Origin: Dimorphilus gyrociliatus
Taxonomy: Eukaryota > Animalia > Annelida
Length of the DNA: 64,000 nucleotides
Direction of reading: 5' to 3'
Assembly (NCBI GenBank): GCA_904063045.1
Contig: CAJFCJ010000006.1
Span: forward strand, 4,294,408 to 4,358,407
Part shown: positions 12,872-24,687 of the stretch, in pieces
Position numbering within the stretch: position 1 is the first letter of the stretch
How the letters are laid out: every line of letters begins with the position of its first letter
Made by a program: the position numbers and the translations under genes
Notes under the pieces: generated by a model
Database searches by the model: none
The model's input: only the letters and a program-made list of their open reading frames with translations
Told to the model about the DNA's origin: nothing

Positions 12872-14233
12872 TTATAATTTGATAACTAAATAAATGTCTT
12901 TATAAGTTGTTAACGGAAAAGATTCCATCATAAAAACTGATAAATATTTGGCTTCCCCTTCATTGCAACGACATTTAAATGAACATATATCGTTCATATC
13001 AAATTCTGTATAGTATCCATCAGTTACACTCTCTAACTCACATTCATTTAAAACAACATTACTTTGCCAACCAGTAACAAAATGATCTAACGAACAATGT
13101 GCAAAAAGTTTGAGACTGCTTTTTGCGCATTCATTACCGATTAGTACGCTCATTAAATCCACAGTAATTTGGTTTCCTGATAAATCTAACAAATTAATAC
13201 TATAAAAGGAATTTCCATTACAATCTATCTTCTTTATAGCAACAGTATTGCAAGTATAAGTCTCATTTACAATGACAGGCACAAATGTAATTTCAGAGTT
13301 AAAATGCGTTCCGTAGATTGAAACTTCACACAACGTCAAATAATTTTGTGAACCGTGCTTTTTAGTCATCTGCATAGCTAGGTATCGACCTGTACAATCT
13401 TTTTTAGATCTAAGAGTTGTATAGCTGTTAAAAGTCTCTTTAATGGAACATTCCGTTTGAGAATAGATGGTTGGTGTGAAGTCAATGTCAGATACAGAGA
13501 CTCTGATATCTTTCAAGCGAAAAGTTAATCCTACTCTATTGACGACTGTTAAAGCGAATATATTACTTTGTTCGCTAAGATCTATTTTCCACCATGAATA
13601 AACGTGGTTGTGTGTATGCGAACAAGTTAAACCATTCGAATAGTAAAGAGCATTTGTATGACCATCGTTTGCTATCGTTGCAGCTCCACTCCAACCACTA
13701 GATGTTTGACTTGATTGCTTGTTTAGCGCTATATTTCTCATACTCCAAATTTCTACTTCACAAAAATTCAACTTAACTGGACCTTCTTTTGTGGATGATA
13801 TAAGAACCTTTCTTGCATAATATTGCTGGATACAGTAAATAGTAGCTGATTGACTGGGGTTGATACTGACTGTAAAGTTATTACAAGTTCTAAATGATTC
13901 GTCGTTTATCGGATTTGCATTCTCCAAAAAACTCGTTTTCACAGTAATATTTTTCAATTTTTGAGGTTTAGTGCTAGGGCTTAAAATTCTGACTGTCCTT
14001 ACGAAAAAAGCTTTGTGAAACTTAACTGTCCACCAAGGATTACTCTCAACTAAAGTTTCACTGCAAAGAGCTGGTGTAGGATTGAACTTTCCATCTACAG
14101 CAAAAGAACTTATTTTCGCAGCTGAAGTAGAAGATTGTTGAGTTACTTTTTTCAATGCCAAGTCAACTGTCATATATATATCTTGACAAACGGATAAATT
14201 AAAAAAGAGAATGATAGCTATGAGACGACTCAT
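12872..14233 (-). CDS. Secreted tandem F-type lectin (fucolectin/F5-8C-like) domain protein, intronless, 453 aa
   Basis: Signal peptide, then two domains with the (D/N)(L/I)AL-K...SS...A.DG...CS.T...WW.(V/I)...L..CEV pattern, then a Cys-rich C-terminal domain. Confidence 0.8.
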   Translation of the reverse strand: MSRLIAIILFFNLSVCQDIYMTVDLALKKVTQQSSTSAAKISSFAVDGKFNPTPALCSETLVESNPWWTVKFHKAFFVRTVRILSPSTKPQKLKNITVKTSFLENANPINDESFRTCNNFTVSINPSQSATIYCIQQYYARKVLISSTKEGPVKLNFCEVEIWSMRNIALNKQSSQTSSGWSGAATIANDGHTNALYYSNGLTCSHTHNHVYSWWKIDLSEQSNIFALTVVNRVGLTFRLKDIRVSVSDIDFTPTIYSQTECSIKETFNSYTTLRSKKDCTGRYLAMQMTKKHGSQNYLTLCEVSIYGTHFNSEITFVPVIVNETYTCNTVAIKKIDCNGNSFYSINLLDLSGNQITVDLMSVLIGNECAKSSLKLFAHCSLDHFVTGWQSNVVLNECELESVTDGYYTEFDMNDICSFKCRCNEGEAKYLSVFMMESFPLTTYKDIYLVIKL

Positions 14234-14734
14234 TGTTAAATAAGCCAGCAGATCTCCAGCTTTTCATTAAGAATTGACAACTGACTTGTTATTCTACAAC
14301 TAAATAATATAACTTAGTAAATTATTTCAAAACAAATGGCATAAAATTGGTCAAACGTTAAATAATTTGATTTTATTGTAAATATTTCAGCCTTTATGAC
14401 TATAGAATTATTATTTTATAGAAATTTCATTATTCTAAAAACATTGTTTTTCTTATGTTATAATTCGTTTATAATAAATTTCAGTATTATATATAGTACT
14501 CTATTGTTTTATCTTTCAGGCATAAAGTTATGGTTCTTTTGAATGTCAATAATAGTGACATCTGTTGGAAATGGATTGTAATACTAGTAAACTTTTTTTT
14601 AATTCAACTAGAAGCAGTGTATTTTCGTCTTCAATGAACAAGATAATACCAATTCAAGGATTAAAAAATAGCTAAACAAAAAAATAAAGCATATTCAAAT
14701 TAATTAAGTCAAATAAGGTGAATAATGAAAGTTC

Positions 14735-15724
14735 CTAAAATTTTTTTGGGCGGGGCGATGCGCGTTTCTTCGAGTCAGCTTTGTCACTTTTCTGTTGTGA
14801 TTTTACAACATAAGTTTTCGTCGATGAATCTGACTTTGATGATGAAATAACAAAAGTTCCACCAGAATCGTCAGAATTTGCCGGCTCGGTAGGAGGAGTT
14901 ATTGGTCTTTCATTTTCATCTGGATCACTAGTAATCACTAACAGACTTCGTCTCAATTCTTGTATATCTAAGGGTCCAACGTCTTTTTTTGAAGGCCAAT
15001 TATACCTTTGAGCAGACTTTCGAAATTCTTTTAATTCCAACTCACTTTGAATAGTAAGTCTAGTATTTAAGCCATTAGGCCATAAACTATCTTCTTGTAA
15101 AATGCAATCATTTTGTATAATGCTTAAAAGCGACAAAGGATCACCAGGAATAGCTGTGCGAACTTTAATGGTCCAGTCTGTGCAGGTAGAAATAGCAATT
15201 AGAGTAGAGAGGTGATCCTCAGAGCTTCCTTCAAAAGCCGTCTTAATCCGACTTGAACATTGTGAGAGAACACTTGAAGGAGCAACTTCTACTAATTGCC
15301 AACAAGCCTTAGTCTTGTGCTTAATTACAAAAATACCAGGGACATCTAAATTATCAGCATTTGTTGTCTTTGAAACCTTATCAACTATCCTCGATCGTAA
15401 ATTAGCCATTTTTGCTCTTCCTACTGACATACCTTTTTGTTCTCCCCACCAGCCACTTTTCAATTTGACATCCATTGGGTCCAACCTTTTAGCAGTTAAC
15501 ATCTCTTTATAAGTATTGTAAACATACTGTAATCTCTCCTTATCTTCCTTTTCGTCGAAATGAATATTTCGGGACGATAGCATTTGTACGTCATTACATA
15601 ATTTTTGAATTTCTTCTGAACACTGATTGAAATCATCTCTGTTTCCATCAATTACTAACTTTCTAAATTTATAATAATCAAGAGTTTTTAAATTAAATCG
15701 ACTTGGTTTGTGGCTGGTAGCCAT
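14735..15724 (-). CDS. Uncharacterised 329-aa protein with a degenerate GIY-YIG-like domain; intronless CDS
   Basis: Long ORF with a splice acceptor just upstream of the ATG (AG at 15737-15736). The PGIFVI...SSRI...CILQEDSLWPNGLN pattern resembles GIY-YIG nucleases (family call is inference). Confidence 0.7.
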   Translation of the reverse strand: MATSHKPSRFNLKTLDYYKFRKLVIDGNRDDFNQCSEEIQKLCNDVQMLSSRNIHFDEKEDKERLQYVYNTYKEMLTAKRLDPMDVKLKSGWWGEQKGMSVGRAKMANLRSRIVDKVSKTTNADNLDVPGIFVIKHKTKACWQLVEVAPSSVLSQCSSRIKTAFEGSSEDHLSTLIAISTCTDWTIKVRTAIPGDPLSLLSIIQNDCILQEDSLWPNGLNTRLTIQSELELKEFRKSAQRYNWPSKKDVGPLDIQELRRSLLVITSDPDENERPITPPTEPANSDDSGGTFVISSSKSDSSTKTYVVKSQQKSDKADSKKRASPRPKKF

Positions 15725-16138
15725 TTTCTCATTCTCTGCAATAGAAAGAAAATTTTGTATTTAAATTTTCACAGCTGTTCCATTAAAAAAAAACTCTATA
15801 TTTATCTATATATCCTTGTATATATATAACTATATATGTTTATATATAGAATAGTTCAACATCTGTGAGACATGAATAATGTATGTAATATTTTCTAGTC
15901 GAAATACGTACGAATCACTATGCAGCGTTTTCGTCTGCAAATTCCAACTGCACTGCTTAGTTGATCAGATATTGATTTTGCAGTTTTTTATTCTATTTGA
16001 AAATCCCGCACTTTAAGACATTTACATGGTGGAATACTAACCACATCTTTAACTCCAAGTTTTAACGGGTGCCTTACATCGGCATCTCAACAGTATCTTG
16101 AATTTTTCTTTATTTTGTTAAAAATAATTTTCTTTAAG

Positions 16139-19100
16139 ATGAGGACAGTATTAATGGTTGCTGAAAAACCCTCTCTAGCTCAGTCCCTGGCTAAAATTCT
16201 TTCAAATGGTTCTGCAACGAGCCGTAAAGGATTTAATGGGGCTTGCTCTGTTCATGAATATACTGGACAATTTCATGGCGAAAACGTTCGCTTTAAATTT
16301 ACTTCTGTTTGCGGGCACGTTATGACTTTAGATTTTTTACCCTCTTATAATAATTGGGACAAGGTTGATCCGGTAAGTAGATAAAATACTATGCAAAAAT
16401 TCCTTAATTACCGGCAACTGAAATATTTATCTCTAGGCTGAATTGTTTGCTGCTACTACTGAAAAAAAAGAAGCTACAGCAAAACTTAAAATGCCAGCTT
16501 TTCTTGAAAAAGAGGGTAGAGGCTGTGACTTTTTGGTATTATGGTTAGATTGTGATAAAGAAGGAGAAAATATCTGCTTTGAAGTTATAGACGCCGTAAA
16601 ATATTCCATGTCAAAACCTAGAGGAAATGAGCAACAGATTTTTAGGGCTCGTTTCTCATCTATCACTGATACCGATGTTAAACGAGCTATGGCCAACTTA
16701 AGTGTGCCGAATGAAAGCGAAGCTCGATCAGTCGATGCAAGATTAGAGCTGGATTTGAGAATTGGATGCGCATTTACTAGGTTCCAAACAAAATTCTTTC
16801 AGGGAAAATATGGAGATTTAGACAGCACTCTTATTTCATTTGGACCATGTCAAACCCCAACATTGGGCTTTTGCGTTGAAAGACATGATAGAATACAATC
16901 ATTCAAACCTGACACTTATTGGATTCTAAACGTTGAGGTAGTTATTTTTTCGGATCACTTTTTATGTATGATCTACTCAAACGTTTCACATCTTAAATAT
17001 ATCTTAGTATAATTTTCTCTGCTATTCCAAATAAGTTGCTACTACCTGGAGATAGGCGACTACAAATAGACTGGGAAAGAGTTCGACTTTTTGACAGAGA
17101 AGTTATTCAATTGTTCCATTCTGAAATTAAGCAACATAACAATGCCATGTAAGCAGTTTTAAAGAATGTAATATGTCTAATATTTAAAATTGAATCTTTA
17201 AAATCTCTCCAGTGTTGTTAAAATTGACAAGAAACAAAAATCAAAGGCCAGACCCGTTGCCTTAAACACAGTGGAAATGTTAAGAACAGCTAGTTCAGGA
17301 TTAGGATTTGGGCCCCAACATACTATGCAAATTGCTGAACGGCTTTACACACAAGGCTACATAAGCTACCCACGTACAGAAACAACGCAATATCCGGCAA
17401 ATTTTGATCTTAAGTACTGTCGTCTCTTTATATAATCTATGTACTATAATACTTTTGCTTTTTCTAGAGGAACTTTAAGAATGCAGTGCTCAAATAGTCA
17501 ATGGGGATCTTACGCTCAAGAACTTTTGAATAATGGAATTAATAAACCAAAGTTTGTAAATAGTGCAAAATTTAAATTTATCATAAAAAACTATTGGTTT
17601 CAGACAAGGACAAGATGCTGGTGACCATCCTCCAATTACCCCAATGAAACCAGCATCAGAAGATGTTCTGGATAGAGATTCCTGGAGGCTATACGACTTT
17701 ATTACTAAATATTTTATGGCAACGGTAATTGCTTCAACTTTTAATATGAAACATTGTAATATATGCAATTTTTAGATTGATTATGACTGCAAATATCTAC
17801 AAACCACTATACTGTTCAATATCGGAGAAGAAGAATTCAGTGTCACTGGAAATGAAATAATATCGCCAGGTTTCACCAGTATCATGTCATGGAAATCATT
17901 GAGTCCGGATGCATCACTGCCAAGTCTTAAGACAGGAGATACCTTACCTATTAGAGATGTTTGTACAATATATTCTAGGAAATAATTATATTATTTTATA
18001 GGATAATTTAAATAACTTATAGGTCAGAATCAATGAGCGTCAAACTAGTCCTCCAGATTATCTGACAGAGAGCGAATTGATTACGTTGATGGAAAAATTC
18101 GGTATCGGCACTGATGCAAGCATACCTGTTCATATTAATAATATTTGCGAAAGGAATTATGTGACAATTGAATCTGGCAGAAAGTTAAAACCTACTGCAT
18201 TGGGTGTTGTTCTCGTCCACGGATATCAAAAGGTGCATTAACACTTCTCTCATTACTAATAAATTAATTAAAAAACTCATTTTGACTAAAACATTATTAT
18301 TATAGATTGATATTGATCTTGTTAAGCCAAGTATGAGAGCTGCAATTGAAGAACAATTAACTTTAATTGCGCAAAACAAAGCTGACTTTCATGAAGTTCT
18401 TTCTTGGACTCTTGACGTATTTGTAAAGAAATTTCAATACTTTGTTGAAAATATTGCAGACATGGATGAACTTTTCGAAGTAACCTTTTCGCCTTTAGCC
18501 GCAACTGGCAAACCACTTAGTAGGTGTGGAAAGTGTAAACGCTTTATGAAACTAATTACTGCTAAACCTGCTCGACTCCATTGCTCTACTTGTAATGAGA
18601 CGTTCAACGTACCTCAAAACGGAAATATTAAATTGTACAAAGAATTAAAGTGCCCATTGGATGACTTTGAGTTAGTCTTATGGACAACTGGTGGAAAAGG
18701 CAAAACTTATCCCCTGTGTCCCTACTGCCTTAATCACCCCCCTTTTCCTGATATGAAAAAAGGTATGGGTTGCAATGAGTGTACTCATCCTACTTGTCAA
18801 CATGCTCTAGAACAAACTGGAGTCTCAAATTGTCTAGAGTGTGATAATGGGACTCTCGTTCTTGATCCTACCTCTGCTCCTAAATGGAGAATGTGCTGTA
18901 ATCGTTGCAATGTTGTAATTAATATGTTTGAAAATGCCCATAAAATTAATTTGACTGACGATTCTTGTGACGAATGCCAATCAACAATATTAAAGATCGA
19001 ATTCAACAAGGTATGTACAATATATGATCATTAAACAATTTCATATTTTATTAAATATAACAATTTTCCTGCAGAATAAAACTCCATTAGATAACGGTTG

Positions 19101-19275
19101 TACAACTCACATTGGCTGTGTCTTTTGCGATCCAATTCTTGTTCCCTTGGTTGAGATAAAACGGGCTGTCGCACTTAGGAGAAGAAAAGGTGGTCAAAAA
19201 TCAAGCAGGCCCAGAAGGAAAGGCCCTAAAAAGCCAAAGGACAAAATGGCGCAATTGGCTGCCTATTTTGTTTGA
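16139..19275 (+). CDS. TOP3B: DNA/RNA topoisomerase III beta, 10 exons, 850 aa
   Basis: Exons 16139-16372, 16437-16937, 17036-17148, 17213-17413, 17468-17551, 17604-17724, 17776-17958, 18023-18232, 18306-19010 and 19075-19275 sum to 2553 nt. Toprim VAEKPS and DCDKEGE, catalytic [10 protein letters not shown]-terminal Zn ribbons and MAQLAAYFV end are present. Confidence 0.97.
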
Positions 19276-19717
19276 GCATCAAAACTGTCTATCCACAATT
19301 TATAATCAGTTTCAGTAACAAATCGTTTTATTGTTTTACAATCCAAGCAGTGAACAACAACATGTCTTTGCTTTTGACGTCGTTTTCGTACCATTGCTGT
19401 TATTCCAGGTATAAGTAACATGTAGCATTTCTTACACAATGTTCTTTTTATGTTTGGTTCACTGAAATAGTAAACAAAGAATTTGGACAGATTATCTCGA
19501 AACGTTTCATCACTTACAGTCGTAATACATGCTTTTTTGCTATCGCCTTTATATTCTGACCATAGAATCTGATCAATTCCGTATTATTGGGATCGTTTGC
19601 CAAAACGGCATGCATTGACTGAAAAATTTTACTATAAAAATTAATTCAACTCTAGTCCCAGCTTACTTGATATAAAAAGTTGATCCGTAGAAATGGCTCT
19701 CTATTAGGGAAAGACAT
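19263..19717 (-). CDS. RPP21: Ribonuclease P protein subunit p21 (Rpr2/RPP21), 3 exons, 116 aa; missed by the ORF track
   Basis: Exons 19717-19667, 19618-19518 and 19461-19263 with GT-AG introns of 48 and 56 nt. Translation MSFPNREPFLRINFLYQ-SMHAVLANDP...IRFY...EPNIKRTLCKKCYMLLIPG...HCLDCKTIKRF matches RPP21, including both CxxC pairs. Confidence 0.93.
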
Positions 19718-19817
19718 TAATTTTTCTGAAAAATTGTTTCTCTAAGATGGCATTAAAGAAGAAAACTCAAACGATTGAGTATTTTATCGCTCAACCGGCC
19801 AATAGTTACTACTGTTT

Positions 19818-19833
19818 CAGAGAGGTGGCGCTA
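19818..19833 (+). promoter_or_regulatory. CTCF-like motif (CAGAGAGGTGGCGCTA) between the RPP21 and EXOC1 starts
   Basis: Motif resemblance in a divergent promoter region. Confidence 0.45.
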
Positions 19834-20070
19834 TATTTTCTGTATTACCTAACAATAACATGATATTAAGCCATACTTAAAACTATTAAACAGATAATTT
19901 AAAAAATATGATTTATATGACTAATGTTTAAGAATTAGAAAACACATGGCTTTAATATAGCAGTTTCAAATCACGAAAAATACGAATGAAAAGATTTTGT
20001 CGTCTGCTACTAAAAACAGTTTTTATCTGATAGTTAAACGAGAAACTCCTCCTACAATTTTCTATCAAAG

Positions 20071-23000
20071 ATGACAACTTTAGCGTATAAGCTAAAACGA
20101 ACCCTTTTCACTCCTAATCAGGAAACTCTAAAATCCTTATTATATGTCACTAAATCAGGAAAAAGATCGAAAGAATATCAAGGAAGCTATTTATGTCTAA
20201 CGAGTAAGTTTGATAAGGATACACTTCCTTCTATGTAAACATTTGTATTAAATCACAATATTCCCTCAACAGGCTCAAATACTAGACATGTTCAGACAAT
20301 GATTCATTTAGTCAAGAAAAATGTTCATAATGATAGTTACAAGATAAAATATTCCTGGCCACTACAGGAACTAAAAGCAGTTGATTGTCATTCTGATGAA
20401 GATGCAAGCGTAAGCTATTCACTACATTAAAATAGTTCAATGTTTTAAATTGATATTTATGATTTGATTAGGTTTCTCTTGAATTGGATTTATTCTTCGA
20501 AAAACCTTATAAATGGACAGTAGGAAAAATTTCAGAAAAAAATCAATTTCTAAGAAGTTTGATAGCGGTAAATATTATAATAAAGTTAATTTATTACAAT
20601 TGATATGCTCATTGCGTTATTTATCTCTTTCTAAAGTGTTACGGTAACCCAGATGGAATATTTAGAAATTTACCAGGAATGCTACTGCAACGTAAGCTAT
20701 ATTTCAATTCTTATTGAATATATCCAATGTTAAATGATTATTTTATATTAAAATTACAGAAAGTGCCTATGAAGAAACAAAAAATACAGAGGAAGCAGAA
20801 GATAGAAAAATTATTTTGGAAGATACTGATGCTGATTATAAATTACTTTCTGACAAAGAAAAGGATTCTCTAAGTCTTTTATTATCAGGTTGAGAAATTA
20901 GAAATTTTCCATCAAAGACACGTTAATATAAGATATAATGATATTTTCAGATTGTGAAAATTCAATGTCAGATGCAGAAGCTTTCGTTGATAAATTGAAA
21001 GATGATTTATCGGAATTAGAGAGAGTTTGTTTTTCAAATCATTTCAATACAAGATATAATCTTATAATTGTCTACTACTTTTAGGAAAATATGACTTCAA
21101 TAATGAGTTCTGAAGATGTTGTTGCTAATTTGATGTTCAGTTTAGATGCCTCGATACGTCAAGCCAGCGAAGTTGAAGATCTGCTTGATAAATACGATTC
21201 AAAATTGCAAACAGTTAGAGAATTAGTAGATTTAATGCAGGACAAGCAGAGATTGCTGACTATTAGGTTTGTCTAATAAATAATCAACTTAATCGCTTTA
21301 AAATTAATCTATATACAGATCAACAAATCATGCTAAACTATTAGAAGTTTTAGATTCTGTTATAGTAAGAATTTTTATTGTAAAACATTATATTGTTGAT
21401 TAATAATATATTTTCTTAGAATTTACTGGACTTTCCACAAGATCAGATAGATGTCCTTGAACAAGTTAAATTGTCAGAAATTCCAAGCGTTACAAAAGCA
21501 GCTCTACGATTGAGAAGATGTCTAACGGCCGATTTGCCAGAACGTAAGTAGAAATTTTACAATTAATCAAATTGATTAAGTATTAATGAATATAACTATA
21601 AACAGATATAGAAGAAATGGAAGCTGTTGCCAACAGATTAAACAAACTGAAAAGAATTCAATCTACCTTCTGCCAAAATCTTATGAGAGCTTTAAATAAT
21701 ACAATTACATATGAGGTTTGAGTTAAAATATAAGAATATACGCATCTCTAACTAATTTTTTTGTTATATTAATAGCAAAATAGATTAGGTGATAGTTTAA
21801 AAAGCGGTAAATTTGACCTAAAATTACCAGGACATACTGAAATGCATAGAATTCTTTTACAATTTTCTCAATTAATGTCTTTCTTAAAAGACGTTAATAA
21901 GAGTGCATTTGATGAAATGTATAATGTAAGCATTCCATTTTATAGTATATAGTATATTTATTAAAAGAATTACTAAATAGAGCTACAAGAAACACATAAG
22001 AGACGTTTATAATAAAGAATTCGAATGTATATTTGAAGTTGCCAAACTATCAATTGGAATGAAAAATGATAAAAGAGGTGAATATTCTCAAAGATAAATA
22101 TTTTAATAAATCAAATTGAATTTATTATTTGTATAGATAGTTAATTTCTTCTTATAAAACAATTTTTTCTATAATTTACTTGTTGTTTTGTGTGAAATAT
22201 TAAATGATAAACATTTTCAGCAAATCTCAAGTCAAGTAGGGTTCTATTACAATTATTTTTTTTATTCACTTTTTATTTCTTTTATGATTATGCAGCATGA
22301 AATTTATATTTATTATATACATATATGAAATATATATATTTTATATAACACATATTTATATATTATAGCATTTATTTAGCGGCCGAAGTTTTGATTATTG
22401 ATTTTTGTTTTTCTCTATATATTTCTTTTTTTTTTACTCCTCGGAAATATTAATATAGCCAATAGATTTATAAACTAATAGTATATTTGATTAAACACTT
22501 TTTATCTCTTTTGCAACACTATATATTTGTATTATGTAATAGTTTTTCTTTCTATAATTTGTTATTTCTTATTAAAATTGAGTTTTTTTTTTAATTAGGA
22601 TTAAGTCAACATAGTTCCGGTGCAACAGGAACTTTAGAAAGAACTATTCACGAAGAAGCTGCTAAATTCGATCAGGTAAATTATTTATTAAATATATGTG
22701 CTTATTAGTTTAATATTTGATATAATTTTAAGACTTTCGATCAAGTTTTGAATGTTCTACAAGCGAATTGTTTTCGTGAGCAAGAATTTTGCATTGAATT
22801 TTTTGATTTATGCAAAGGAGTAGAGGTGAGCTAAATACTTAAATATTCTTTTACTCTTCTTAAATTTATCTTCTTAGGGTGATGTTTCTAGTGGTAGCAC
22901 TAGATCACCTGCTGAATCTTCTCCTATACATAAACCATCAGCCAAGCTGTAAGTCTTTGTTAAAAATCCTTTTTCTTTATTACTATGAATGGTTTGTCGT

Positions 23001-24588
23001 GTAATCCCTTATTTTATTAAAGCATTTTTCCTTTAAGAGTTAATTGAAAACACAGATTTTTGAGCATTCTAATATTTAATTTTTTTATTATCAAATTTTT
23101 CTAATATTCCAAATAAGTCTTATTAAAATGATTTCTAATAAGTTTTTACTGTTTTACCTTACATTTGGCTGTTTGCTTTGCATTAAAGACTAACAGTGGA
23201 CAATTTGGGTGCGGGCTTGCAACTTCGAAGAATGTCGCATAGCTTGTAAGTTTGTATGAACTCTTGAAAAATATTAACAAACTCTGCTAAAATCCATCTT
23301 TAATATGCTTTGCTTTAAATTGTTTTGCTTATTTTTAAATAATCAAACAGCAAACAAGTTAATGAAGAAGTTCGTAATGTCATGCTCGACATTTTCCCAA
23401 AGCTAGAAGAACATTTAAAGGAGTTTATCGAGTTTGCAGATAAACAGGACACTTTGTAATTATTGTTTTAAATTAGAATAATTTACATAAATTTAGAATT
23501 AATTGACTTTTATAAATATATTTTAGGAATTCTTTATACATGCTAGTCAGAATGAGTAATCATATCCAAAAAATGGAAAATACTGGCTCCTTCTTAGGGC
23601 AATTATTTGCAACAGCTTTGGTGCTCATAAAAAGAAGTTTTTCTTCGTTAATAGTTAGTCTAGAAATTGATTTTTATATTAACATTTCTGATGTAACGTT
23701 ATCCTTATAGGAAAATATGAAGTTGCAATATCGGGAACAAAGAGTTTCAAAATCTAAACGAATCGGAATTATCTGGTTCGTTAAGGACTTCAAAACGTTT
23801 AGCTTACAAGCTGAAACAATTTTCAAAAAATCAAATAGAAGAAACGATTTAGATAAAGCTTACAAAGATTTAGTAACAGCTATATTTGAGCATATTGAAA
23901 GAATAGCAAGAGAAAGTACGAAATCCCCAAAAGATGTAGTAATGATGGAAAATTTTCACTGGATGCACGGTACGTATACTATATGAATAATAAATAATGA
24001 AACTTACGCTTCTCTTGTTTTTTTCTTTCTTAAAGATATATTATCAAGTTTAAAAGTATCGTTGCTAGACACTGAAAAGAAATTAGCAAAAGTAAAATAT
24101 CAAGAAAGTTTACATTTCTACATTAGTATGCTTTTGGGTAGGCCTATGGAAAAATTAAGTGTAAGATATTTATTAAATTGTTATCTATGTGTTTTAATCA
24201 GATATTTTATTACTAATTAAATTTTATGTTTTTTCATTAGACGTTTTTTGAAAAAATAAAAGCATCAGTTGATGGTGGAATGAGAGAGGAAGAAGTAGGA
24301 TATCAGCTGGCGTATGGTAAAACTGAGTTAAGGAGATTAATTCAACTTTATCCTGGAAAAGAAGTAAAAAAAGGATTACAGAATTTATATATGAAAGTTG
24401 AAAAACAGTTATGCGAGGAAGCAGGATTATTACAAGTTGTTTGGAGAGGAATGCAAGAAGATTTTATTAAACAATATAACGATATTGAGAAACTGATTGC
24501 TAAATGTTATCCAGGTTCTACAATCACCCTAGAATTTACGATACAAGAGCTCCTAATTTATTTTTCAGATATAGCTCAATCTCATTAA
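20071..24588 (+). CDS. EXOC1: Exocyst complex component 1 (Sec3), many short exons
   Basis: N-terminus [18 protein letters not shown] resembles EXOC1. Internal exons encode [15 protein letters not shown]...[18 protein letters not shown] and VVMMENFH. C-terminus [21 protein letters not shown]...[26 protein letters not shown] matches. Confidence 0.93.
22221..22235 (+). other. Candidate 15-nt frame-preserving microexon in EXOC1
   Basis: ttttcag|CAAATCTCAAGTCAA|gtaggg lies between phase-1 exon ends at 22077 and 22599, with flanking introns longer than typical. Confidence 0.5.
23189..23245 (+). other. Candidate 57-nt cassette exon in EXOC1
   Basis: ttgctttgcattaaag|ACTAACAG...AGCTT|gtaagt is a phase 2-2 exon with an open frame ([19 protein letters not shown]). 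Confidence 0.6.
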
Positions 24589-24687
24589 ACATAAAGATAT
24601 ATTTATATAATTTATTGCATTCACTTTTTTAATAAATATTATTATCTACTCAACTTTTGTAATAGATAAAACTTTTTATTCTTTTTT

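Noticed and set aside
19263-19717. Cys-rich minus-strand sequence first suspected to be a transposase remnant
   Set aside because: It splices cleanly into an intact RPP21 gene.
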